Source of the DNA: Phoronis australis | Lineage: Eukaryota; Animalia; Phoronida | Direction: 5' to 3' | NCBI GenBank assembly: GCA_002633005.1 | Contig: NMRA01000002.1 | Location: 2,869,194 to 2,933,193 of the forward strand | Length of the DNA: 64,000 nucleotides | Shown: one piece after another, positions 39,701 through 47,424 of the stretch | Layout: each line of letters opens with the position of its first letter | How positions within the stretch are numbered: the first letter of the stretch is position 1 | Notes under the pieces: generated by a model | The model's database searches: none | What the model saw: the letters and a program-made list of their open reading frames with translations, nothing else | Told to the model about the DNA's origin: nothing | Translations under genes and position numbers: made by a program

Positions 39701-42700
39701 TAGAGTGGATAGAACAGAACCAAATCATGCTTATTGTCCTAACTTTTCGCAACGCATGTGTTTACAATAACCACAACAACTGTCATTTAGGAGCTGACCT
39801 TCCGTGAGTCTCTACACTGCGTCCAAACTGCGTTCACCATCTTGTCAGGTCAGGGGTCAGCATTGAACATTGACCCCCAGCGGTTCTACAGGCATCTGTA
39901 TTCTAATTTGTTCAAGTTGGCAAACGGTAGGTAAACTTAGATTTGATTAATTGAGTGGAGTAGATCATTTGTTCTGAATTTTCTGCTGAATTTGAAGAAA
40001 ATGTGTAGAGTGCTACTGAATTTCTAAGGGAATTAAAATTGGACCTAATTTAGTATTTTTTGCTGACTGAACTGTTTCTTACAGTTTTCTACTGAATTTC
40101 CAACTGAGTTATAAGATCTTGATTGTAGTTTTTTTTTTCTAATGTGAAGTGTACATATGTCTCACTCAGAGCTACACTTTATATCCACTAAGTGATTAAG
40201 TATAGAGAAAGAAACCCTGTTAGCCTGGACTTAAAAATATCCTTGGAAGACCTGACCGGCATTCTGTAGACACAAACCTTTAGCCATTCATTTCAGCGAA
40301 ATCTTTCAGAGTATGAAGCGGATACTGTGAATGTTATGTCATCTCATAATTCAACATTCCACCCTCACCAACCAATGCATTCAGTGGCCACTGTTTTGCT
40401 TAGTTGTGTTATTTAAGTCTTGAGCATATTCACAAAACACTCTTTCATTTGCGCGATTTTGTGTGGGCTTGCGTTGTTGTAAGAAATGTTGGTCTACGGA
40501 AGACAGCCCTTGCCATCACTTTTTTGTACTTTTAATAATTCTGGATGTCCTTCACTGCAATTGCATTTTACTATCAAGTTGGAGTCCCTTCCAGCACCGT
40601 CTTTGAAAACCATTGTTTTGGTTCACTGTGAGCTAATTATACATGATAACACCGTAGACGGAATAGAGTTCACTGATTGGTTCAACTGAAAGGTTTGACT
40701 TGATTTATTTTAGGTTGCAACTTCAGCTTGACCTAATTACTACTGCGTGGACTTAAAGTAGTTGTTTTATCTCTGTTTGTAAATGTTGTTAATAAATGAT
40801 CATTTTGTGAGATCATCTGCTGGGCTTTTAGGCTAGAGGTTTTTGTAATAATGTTTTAGCTATCACTTTGTGTGAACGCATGTATTTTCTAGGTGACTTA
40901 AATGATGACGTCCCCATCGTCCTTAGATGTTTAGATGTTATGATCAACAAAAGACGGAAACAGGTACCTCGAGGCTGATCCCAATTTTAACAAGATTAAT
41001 GCATTAGAGATCTCCGAGGCACTTAGTGGTGTATTTGAAATGGCCTGTAGTCTGTGTTTTACTTTATGCCCCCAAACATTAGGGTCTGGTGGACTCTCTT
41101 TCAAAGTTTTGGGGTCCACTTTAAAGTCTTGGAGTCCAAGAAAACACTCCAGAAATCATCTCACTTGTATGGTACACTCACCAATTTAGGACACAATATG
41201 GCCACCGTGTGAAATTTTATTATGTCATTCTTTCCATGAAACGTAATGTAGCACAAAATTAAATGATATCCCATGTTCAAATTTTGTTCCACAACTATCA
41301 TTAAACATATTTTTCACAACAGTGTTAGAAGCCACTGAAAAATGAAAAGGGGCAATTTTGGCATAAAGTATTTGAAAGTTCCGAAATTGGTGAGATTCCA
41401 TTATAGTAGTCCAGAATGATGCACAGCTTACATGAGAATGGTGAATTCAATATTGAATGGAAAATGCATGAAAGATTCTGTATATCCAAGAATTAAGGGA
41501 GATGATTCTCATTTCTTTTGTTTTATTTCTTACGATGTATGACAAATTCATGGCCTGTAAAAAAGACAAATCGAAAGATGGAAAGTGGCAGCCACAACAC
41601 TGGATTATGTGCTTGGTTTTAATGTTTATTACAAAAAATTCAGTGTACAGCGTAGTGAGAGTTAAGCCCAGAATGCACTAGAAAGCATTATATCTGGACT
41701 GTAAAGTGCTTAGTTATGAAGCTGAATTTCACTGCTGTTTAGTTGTAGTCAATATTGAAGTCTTTACTGATTAAGCACTTTGTGGTTTAGAAATGTTTCC
41801 ACACTCATTCGTTTTTTTAATTATCAAATGAGTTGGCAATTCAAGTCAAAGCTCCATTGTCAAAATTCACGATTTCAGGGTCAGTTCTGCCATTTTTACA
41901 CAGGCTTGGAAATCTTAAATATGAGGATATAAGTTTTGTGTATGGGTTTTCATTTCTTTCGTATTTGTCAAGTGATTGTCACAAACATTGTGTACCATAA
42001 ATGAGATGCTAAAACTGTCTTTGGTCTCCAGGTGTAGAGTGTGGTGTGCAGATATGGATTGTTTCAGCATGTGTATGCAGATTAGGGTGTGGTTCTAGGA
42101 TTTGTACCACGGATTTATTATTTGCTGGTCAGGCACTTGGGTTCAGGGATCTTACCTGGAATTTAGAGGCTGCCATGCAACAGTTTCTACCTCCTGTGTT
42201 TGTTGAGCTCTTGTATCCGTCGTATTTCAGGTATCCCACCAGAGGGTGCTGGCGTATATCAAACGTCTGTCCACAGTCTCACTGTTACTTGATCCTCACT
42301 CCACGCTGGCTGTTCTTGCTGCTTGCAGGGGATTTATTCATGTGAGTCTCTTCACCATTCAAGTTGTCTAGAAATATTCTCTGCCTATATTCTACAATAA
42401 TCACTCAGTGTTTTCCACATGCGCAGCAGAAATTTCAAACTTTACTGAAATTACAATATTACCTGCATTAGCAAAGCATTGGCCTGCAACCGCTGAGGAG
42501 TTCAAATCAGTCTTGGGGCTGATTTTGAAAAAGCACTATTTTCACCGATTGTGTTATTAGTTCACATAGAGGCTGTGAAAGAATCTGATTCATGTCATTC
42601 AATTAGGCTTGAAATAATTGATACATATAGATTATTACAAGTCGTTATCCCCCGTTATCTAGAGCGACTGAGAACATGTAATGATCTATTTATACCACAT

Positions 42701-45700
42701 ACTGAATGAGAAACATTGCAATGAATCGATCTACCTTTCTCGACTCGCCTCGGCTTTGTAACTACTTTCTATGTCAGAAGCCCGGGTCGGAGGTCGTGAC
42801 CTTTTAAGAAAAGCCGAGCTATTTTTGTCAAATAATGCTTATACTCAGAACCAATTGAAAATTTAAACAAAACAGAAATAAATTGAATCTATAAATTAAG
42901 GTTTAACCACTATTATAGCTTACGCTATGCTTCGACCGGCAAAATATCGTCTGCTAAAGTAGGTTACCACTAGCAACTGACTATAATGCTCAAGTCAAAG
43001 GATCCCGACGACACGATACCCACGTTCAAATTGGAGATCGGTGATTTATAAGTGAGAAAACACGAGAAAAAAAATTCACTGAATTAATATATCGTTTTTA
43101 TGGAAATTATGCGTCTTATTTTTCAGAGCGTATAAATTTCAGTGCAATGCCCTTTTCTGAACATGCGATTGTTGCGCGTGCTCATTTAAGTATTCTATTT
43201 TCACATCCGATGACGTCAGCCGCTAAGTGGTGTAGTGGTAAAGTCAGCGACTCGAAACTCTTGAGGCCCAGTTTCGAATCCGGCCTCGGTTTCCCGCCAA
43301 AATGTTATCTCACTAGTGAGATAACCTTATGGCTTATTGCACGGTTGTATCTGCCATTCGAGGCTAATATTGTGGTATAACTCTAATTATTTTGAATTTG
43401 TGAAAAGGAATATTTCCGTCAAATTTATGGAAAATGGAAACAATTAGTGCGAGCCCTGTATAATTAAAACATTTAACGCATGCTACACCTCTGTTGCAGC
43501 ATAATGCCCGTACAGACCTTCTTTACGACACTGAGTCTCAGGGCAGTGGAATCTACCTACCAGAACTTGACGAGCCGGAACACTGCAACGCACACAACAC
43601 GGCGCTGTATGAGTACCACATGCTAAGGGTGAGTAGCAGGGCTTTGCGTTGCATGGGAGGGGCCCGGGGGAGAGTGGGAGGGACCTTCAAGTGAGTGGGA
43701 GGAGCCTGGGAGAGACAAGGTGAGGCTTACTAGTGAGTAGGAGGGGCCTGCGTGTTAGTGTGAAGGACCTGTGAGTGAAAATGAATTTTGTAAAGCAAAG
43801 GATTTTTAGTTGAAAAATAAATTTATTTTCGCCATTTCCCAAAGTTTATATTATCACTGTCAAGCATTAAGTCTTAACTTTGGGGATTTCTATGTCTGGG
43901 CGAGTCTCATTTGTCTGACATGTTCTATCTTACAGCATGTTTTTGTCTCATGTGTATCTGCTCTTGTTTGCAGCACCACTACCATCCAATCACAGCTCAG
44001 TATGCAGGTCACATGTGTGTGAAAGTTCCTTCACAAGGTGCTGGTCAACTCTCAGTGGAACTTGCTAGGAGGTACTTTTGTGCTGCGAGGCATTTCAAAG
44101 TTAAATAATTTGACTTTCTTTGTGTGAAGAAATGAGTGAAGAATTTCTGGAATTTATTATCTTCACCAAAAGAGATGGCAGGTTACTGGAAGTGTTTGTG
44201 CATTATTTCACAATTTCTTGGACACAATAATACATGTATGCCTTTCAAACTTTGATAATACTTCAAGTGCCTGGATGCCAGAGTTGATGTTTTTGGTTCT
44301 CTCTCTTATGTACATGATTGTATAGTTTATTTTTGTACCTTGAGGCCATAGGCCCATAGTAGAGATTTCAGTAACTTGCTGTGTTTTCATGAGTTTGGTT
44401 GAAATTCAGACTTTTAATGTTTTGGTAAGACCAATTGGCTATCAAAACTGGGTACCAAGCAAGAATTCCTTTGTTCTGAAATGGTTTACGTACTTGCTTC
44501 CCATCAGGGTGGGGATTTGACTCCCAGTCAAGTTGTATTTATTATGTTGTTAGAGATAGTTGAGCACAAGTCTAGTTATGACTGAAACAATCACTCCTTA
44601 TGTTGTATATCATGGCTTTGAATCATCTTAATATTGAAGATAAGGTTTAACGATATCTCGAACCTTATTCACAAAAATTGGCCATTTTTACAATATTTCA
44701 CATGTCTAGCATATACCTTATCTTCATTCGTGAGGAACTTCAAATATGAAATATATACCCGGTAGCAAGAAAAAAAGATTTAGCAGGACCACCTTGGAAC
44801 CGCACAGCTGTATGTAAATTTGTTTACTTATCTGAGGTCAAAGGTTATAGGGCTGTCACTGAAATCAAATCTCCCGCCAGGCCTAGAGCAGTTCCGTATG
44901 TACCCTCAGTCCTTTCATTCACCGGGTCCCCATAACGTTAAGTCAACGAGGTTTACGTAGGATAGAAAGATACCGAGGAAAACGAAGACAAGACGTAGTT
45001 TTGATCTTGAGGGAGTTGTGCATCTGCATGTATATGACTGTTGAGAACGGCGACCTCTGTGACTTTGTGTTCTTGAAGTAGTAAGTTGTGGAAAGAGATA
45101 AGTTCTGGCCCAAATTCATTAATCTCATTGGTAATTTGGCATTTCACTGTTTCGATCTCATGCTCACAACGCGCTTTAACCCCCAACTCAATTTGTGTTG
45201 TCCTTTTCATACTTGGTTTCATATCAGCATCCCAGGGTGTGGTGTGTACAACAATGAACTGTTGACCTAAAATAGGCCAACAGTTGACCTGGTCTTGATC
45301 TAGCTTGACTCAGTTACAAGCAGCATTCGATTTGGCAACCTCAGATTGAGTTTGGCGATTTGGGAAAAACCTCAAGTTGCCACAAAGTCCCCACTGCTAG
45401 TCAGACAATAATTCTTCCTAAATTCATTTCAAAGTTAGTGTTGACTTACAAACTTTAAATTACAAACTCTTTGATTCACAGTTCTTCTGTTCATTTTGTG
45501 AAATCAGCGCATTTGTCACCACAGCAATCAGCACACATTAGACACATGCTTAAATTACAACTGGAAGTGACAGAAGTCGGAATTGTTAGGCAAAAATCGG
45601 GCAACATTGAGGAAATACGTGCCACCAGTGTAATTTCTATTTTCATTGACTTGAGGAATTGAGTTAGAGAATGAATATACGTTTATGGGGAGAAATTGGG

Positions 45701-47424
45701 AGAGGTACAAGTAAGATTCTGAGAAGGAGCCATGTTACTGCCGCATGACCTTTTTTGTTGTCAACGATTAAATTCTACCTTAAGTTCAGAATCAGATTTG
45801 CCAAAGTGTTCAATGTTTCTACATTTCAGATCACCCACAGATTTGTTCAATGATTACTGCTGCAGTGACATGACATTCAAGCCCTCTATACCTCTTCCTA
45901 AAACCAGAAAACAGGGGTCGAAGGTAAGGGACGGACATGGTCATTTTTTAATTAATTTAAACTCTCTGTAGTTTTTTTATGATAAGTAAGGTTAAAGCAT
46001 GAGTGTTTTTAAGAGGTCACTCAAAGATTGTCTCGATCATATTACGTTTGTTGATCCAAACTTGTTTTCACAAAATATATGTATCCCTACCAAATTATTA
46101 ATCAGAATAATATCGAGTGGAGGTGAAAACAGTAGCCCAGTCTTCAAAGTAGTTAAATCAAATGGTACTAGTTATCAGTGGTTGGTGTGAAAACCTCCAT
46201 AAATTGAAGGAATTTGTCTGCTTTGTGGTACAAACGTGCTTTTGCAACGTTACGGTCTTAACGTTAGGCTAAAGAAGCATAGTCAGATCCTGATCTGTAC
46301 CTTGACTCACTTTAAGACCTGCCTTCACAAACTAAGAAATAAAAAAAACACTTGCCCAAAGTGTGGTGTTTTTTGAAAAGCCGGTCAAAGGCACGTAAGC
46401 AGGATTTGAAGCACCATGATTTGCCAAGCGAAGACTAAAAAATCCCACATTGTTTTTTGCTTGTATCAGGTTGTTTTTTATAAAGTTCAGCATCTAAAAA
46501 TACCTCCCCACAAACTCACAGAACAGGGTCAAGGATATTTTCTATTCTACTTTTGTGCAAACTCAAATTAATTGTTATTCCATGCTAGAGTACATAGTGG
46601 CTAACGTGGGTATCTGTGTAATCCTAGTCTGTACTTGATAAACCCAGTATCAAGACTAACATTTGGAGTCAGAACTCAAAATTTAGAGTATTAATTTTAC
46701 TTTAGTTTGTAGTTTGAATCCAAGAGTCATCAAGTGCAAACTTATTCTAAAAACTCGTGTGCATAAACCATAATGTACTTAAGCACATACTTATGGACCC
46801 TTATCTTGAGTTCGTACGAAACTAGAACAGAAAATGCCAAAAATAATTTGGAGTTCGATTTCGAATACAAAGATTAAACCTCGGGTCCAGAATCAACTAT
46901 GCTCTTTGGCCTTAGCCTAGAATCTGAATTTGTCTTGCAAGTGGAACTCAGTGTGAAAAAGTTTACACTGTGGTCTATAATCTTGATTAAGATGCTTTCT
47001 GAAATTTAAAGGCTTGTCCACACTTAGCGATTTGCCCGCAATGGGATTGTTGAGTGAAGACTTGTCTTTAAGTGTAGACGCTACTTTACAGTTGCGGACT
47101 CATCGCTTTTTCTTCTTCAAAGGCCTGTGCACACTTAGCAATTTGTCTGCAATGCATCTGCAAGTCCCTGCAACTGCGTGTTGCAGACAAATCGCTGAGT
47201 GTTGACGGGCCTTAACGCTTCGTTTAGTGGAAGATGCAAAGTGCATGTGTCAGGTAACAATCTTGTTATTCAAAAACGAGTTTTGTTATTAATTAAAATA
47301 AAAAGCAACTTAGTGTTATTTAAAATTGTCTCATTCTCATTTTCAGGCCTGCAATTTCACAGAGCTTCACAGTGACTTTGACAGGTATATCACACCAGTG
47401 AAGCACTTCTTGGGAGAGACATGA
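538..47424 (+). CDS. NOC3L: Nucleolar complex protein 3 homolog (Noc3/NOC3L), spliced gene, 5' start exon not found in window
   Basis: 19 GT-AG exons join in frame (2391 nt): 538-842, 5248-5420, 6461-6678, 6922-7083, 7259-7352, 10502-10587, 13901-14020, 15084-15212, 16330-16461, 35865-35945, 37401-37501, 38352-38424, 39791-39926, 40893-40963, 42231-42341, 43500-43628, 43974-44071, 45830-45923, 47347-47424. Peptides [75 protein letters not shown] and HYHP are colinear with vertebrate NOC3L as remembered. Confidence 0.96.
2992..4455. mobile_element. Non-autonomous Tc1/pogo-like DNA transposon
   Basis: TA flanks (2990-91, 4456-57); imperfect TIRs CCGTACTCGTCCGGGTTATGGCCCA / TGGGCGGTAATGCAGATGAGTACGG; subterminal repeat CCCATGCTC(A/G)GCTTACCGCCCA near both ends. 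Confidence 0.75.
5248..5420 (+). CDS. NOC3L: NOC3L exon (YEVIPRK...[14 protein letters not shown])
   Basis: tttcag acceptor, G|gtcagt donor; conserved LLPIK-GI-PQ motif. Confidence 0.92.
5445..5648. mobile_element. Tc1/mariner-type MITE
   Basis: TA-CAGGGTGACCAGAAAATGAACC ... GGTTTCATTTTTTTGGTCACCCAG inverted termini. Confidence 0.7.
6461..6678 (+). CDS. NOC3L: NOC3L exon, copy A ([18 protein letters not shown])
   Basis: ttttag acceptor, gtaggt donor, phase 1 to 0. Confidence 0.92.
6922..7083 (+). CDS. NOC3L: NOC3L exon, copy A (KLKELRLML...[12 protein letters not shown])
   Basis: NOC3p domain motif; canonical splice sites. Confidence 0.95.
7259..7352 (+). CDS. NOC3L: NOC3L exon, copy A ([27 protein letters not shown])
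   Basis: canonical splice sites, conserved motif. Confidence 0.95.
8469..8686 (+). CDS. NOC3L: NOC3L exon, copy B (duplicate of 6461-6678; probable second haplotype)
   Basis: near-identical to copy A, intact splice sites; follows single n at 8211. Confidence 0.8.
8931..9092 (+). CDS. NOC3L: NOC3L exon, copy B (duplicate of 6922-7083)
   Basis: near-identical to copy A, intact splice sites. Confidence 0.8.
9270..9363 (+). CDS. NOC3L: NOC3L exon, copy B (duplicate of 7259-7352)
   Basis: near-identical to copy A, intact splice sites. Confidence 0.8.
10502..10587 (+). CDS. NOC3L: NOC3L exon ([17 protein letters not shown]...AQP)
   Basis: phase 1 to 0 bridges the flanking exons; gtgagt donor; basic linker. 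Confidence 0.8.
13901..14020 (+). CDS. NOC3L: NOC3L exon ([27 protein letters not shown])
   Basis: conserved PHFN motif; ttttag/gtaagt. Confidence 0.95.
15084..15212 (+). CDS. NOC3L: NOC3L exon ([18 protein letters not shown]...NIKPK)
   Basis: ctccag/gtatgc; conserved motif. Confidence 0.95.
16330..16461 (+). CDS. NOC3L: NOC3L exon ([13 protein letters not shown]...FSRRERK)
   Basis: conserved FL-L-IKEV and SR-RK motifs; gtatga donor. Confidence 0.93.
16839..17623 (-). mobile_element. Interspersed repeat with Helentron/HINE-like architecture, copy 1
   Basis: homologous to 42626-43380; minus-strand 5' TTATACCACA with inverted copy near 16960, followed by a long stem-loop (16859-16940); internal palindrome TTATCTCACTAGTGAGATAA; tRNA-like segment ~17464-17533. 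Confidence 0.65.
19052..20572 (-). CDS. Nested antisense orphan protein (~480-506 aa), disordered K/S/Q/D-rich with internal 69-aa tandem repeat
   Basis: 1.5-kb uninterrupted ORF in AT-rich DNA; ATGs at 20572 and 20497; possible acceptor at 20562; no recognisable domain. Confidence 0.7.
   Translation of the reverse strand: MSSSNRLRYLFLHPIKIQDPTTKHFMSPDESPNFPQMGDEMSNEHEMPKVDSVHVAKKGKVFGSEEIKTKRRKSYKPSSSKCYKERAALREANHKVGLKSLTVKAEKVKLIDQSAKHIKINTSEFSGKRMPQYETKEQNNRQKLKQLQEKMRTFFSKVGTTEFSFSTTLGDERTLSVPCESRQTSDEDAESEDDDSDEPAGAFLKRMSSKRQNTSKVQRDIILKVSPSQQSRLKLTKQGTKTRIDAVPHINQWEANKEDGIEPSEDLQMVPKTSALEDSLDSTVQAPSRMKKTQASPKKKKSQQHSVAKQHQTIDNEEKQDMPESNMDILQPLDNLQTVPETFAIEDSPDSTAHVASRTKKMQASSIKRNSRQGSVDKRRHTIDNEENQDRPEPKVTLKPFDDIKRKSFNEKQRRESQQSQARRSLSYDEVDLKQAAFRRTSTDKKEVRKQSGFSHTIHNDDGRLYMTKEGSLPELMQSVSSTLLGHSDSSLVGPQLSCTTLISAD
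21563..22366 (-). CDS. Nested antisense orphan protein, 267 aa, ends WKIWCCLH
   Basis: ATG-started 804-nt ORF; minus-strand AATAAA near 21190; no recognisable domain. Confidence 0.6.
   Translation of the reverse strand: MDKCLSDGTDKITSGKTQTTEIDNSPQALTNDRRIDVAKYCPQASESFMKSYLTSSSQNRRRSKYLKLQHLLKRTSQRESGRRKTWCHESKPSFEDEFNKFVIEKRNTLISPTQTVCFINYRNSKKYVPTIVDYFANSLPDVTVESDSFHVLDRWTGVVPPLEESLREAWIAKWHRSQRYACTCWPQNTIRALSCYTVEQLYLRLLKNEVSTIKSHSSLAHQLDVFACRHNRLTWYCAHSQYSNLFCRESVLRIPVRKTWKIWCCLH
23415..24304. mobile_element. Degenerate DNA-transposon derivative with divergent THAP-like and SAP-like 5' gene stubs
   Basis: short IR TGAAAGTGCA/TGCACTTTCA at the ends; + strand [29 protein letters not shown] (24130-24216); - strand ...FLIECKAGY near 23865-23940. 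Confidence 0.4.
25531..27806 (-). pseudogene. LINE ORF2 (apurinic endonuclease N-terminus; RT core in N gap 26023-27002; Cys-rich C-terminus)
   Basis: [44 protein letters not shown] endonuclease motifs; QKRILRNI...AHSLP...[10 protein letters not shown]-terminus; frameshifts near 27698 and 27260. Confidence 0.9.
28933..29464. repeat. 41-bp minisatellite, ~12.7 copies, with internal palindrome
   Basis: unit AATGACAGTGCATAATTACTAGGTAATTATGTTTAACTTAC; CATAATTAC-TAG-GTAATTATG inverted repeat. Confidence 0.97.
29443..30168 (-). pseudogene. LINE ORF1 (coiled coil plus RRM-type, CR1/L2 ORF1 family) with in-frame TGA at 29749-29751
   Basis: [59 protein letters not shown] motifs in one frame. Confidence 0.88.
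31093..32877 (-). CDS. Putative nested antisense spliced orphan gene (~346 aa): exons 32877-32848, 32693-32256, 31665-31093
   Basis: two long ORFs (200 and 185 aa); acceptors ttttttcag (32694) and aatctag (31666), donors gtaatt and gtaggt, all phase 0; S/T/Q/K-rich. Confidence 0.45.
33480..33816 (+). mobile_element. Probable 3' end of a 5'-truncated LINE with trinucleotide tail
   Basis: AT-rich UTR, small hairpin (TAGCC-TTT-GGCTA), AATAAA, then ATT/GTT/GCT repeats. Confidence 0.45.
33719..33807. repeat. (CTG)n microsatellite, ~29 units
   Basis: directly visible. Confidence 0.97.
35156..35440 (-). CDS. Putative nested antisense exon/ORF (94 aa)
   Basis: ATG start; CAG|gtaatg donor at 35181; protein-like composition; partner exon not established. 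Confidence 0.35.
   Translation of the reverse strand: MRSKQVVARPSIVKAGNQATTSAALTGNQYLRQKLARLFPTNSAKLSNETNALGELNWGRSDQPEPKDSLCDMAWKSFRSILCTLAGNGQVLVK
35592..35663 (+). mobile_element. Degenerate tRNA-derived SINE head
   Basis: A-box-like GGTGTAATGGTTAG and B-box-like TTTCAATCCC at tRNA spacing. Confidence 0.4.
35865..35945 (+). CDS. NOC3L: NOC3L exon ([27 protein letters not shown])
   Basis: tttcag/gtgagt; in frame after the 19.4-kb intron. Confidence 0.93.
37401..37501 (+). CDS. NOC3L: NOC3L exon ([12 protein letters not shown]...VLEGLSK)
   Basis: conserved motif; canonical sites. Confidence 0.95.
38352..38424 (+). CDS. NOC3L: NOC3L exon ([17 protein letters not shown])
   Basis: conserved motif; canonical sites. 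Confidence 0.95.
38471..39004. mobile_element. MITE with ~70-bp TIRs at a TTAA-like site (Kolobok-type)
   Basis: GGTAACTGTG..CTTGTTTACCAGGTT..TTAGCTCTAA and its reverse complement ending CACAGTTACC. Confidence 0.75.
39150..39286. repeat. Imperfect palindrome / small hairpin MITE
   Basis: AAACCCAAATGTGATTGGCAGTGAAAGAAC vs GTTCTTTCACTGCCAGTCACATTGGGTTT, arms ~60 bp. Confidence 0.75.
39791..39926 (+). CDS. NOC3L: NOC3L exon ([24 protein letters not shown]; CBF/Mak21 domain)
   Basis: highly conserved motif; canonical sites. Confidence 0.96.
40893..40963 (+). CDS. NOC3L: NOC3L exon ([18 protein letters not shown])
   Basis: conserved motif; canonical sites. Confidence 0.95.
42231..42341 (+). CDS. 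NOC3L: NOC3L exon ([18 protein letters not shown])
   Basis: conserved motif; tttcag/gtgagt. Confidence 0.95.
42626..43380 (-). mobile_element. Helentron/HINE-like repeat, copy 2
   Basis: colinear homology to 16839-17623; one stem-loop arm deleted; tRNA-like segment ~43219-43291. Confidence 0.65.
43500..43628 (+). CDS. NOC3L: NOC3L exon ([34 protein letters not shown])
   Basis: highly conserved motif; canonical sites. Confidence 0.96.
43974..44071 (+). CDS. NOC3L: NOC3L exon ([13 protein letters not shown]...ELAR)
   Basis: conserved HYHP motif; canonical sites. Confidence 0.94.
45830..45923 (+). CDS. NOC3L: NOC3L exon ([18 protein letters not shown])
   Basis: matches LF-Y-MTFNP motif; tttcag/gtaagg. 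Confidence 0.92.
47122..47210. mobile_element. Small palindromic MITE, with a partial copy near 47011
   Basis: GGCCTGTGCACACTTAGCAATTTGTCTGCAA ... TTGCAGACAAATCGCTGAGTGTTGACGGGCC-TTAA. Confidence 0.55.
47347..47424 (+). CDS. NOC3L: Probable terminal NOC3L coding exon ([25 protein letters not shown])
   Basis: strong polypyrimidine acceptor, phase 0, open to TGA; gives ~800 aa total; poorly conserved sequence. Confidence 0.65.
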   Translation, partial: ACNFTELHSDFDRYITPVKHFLGET

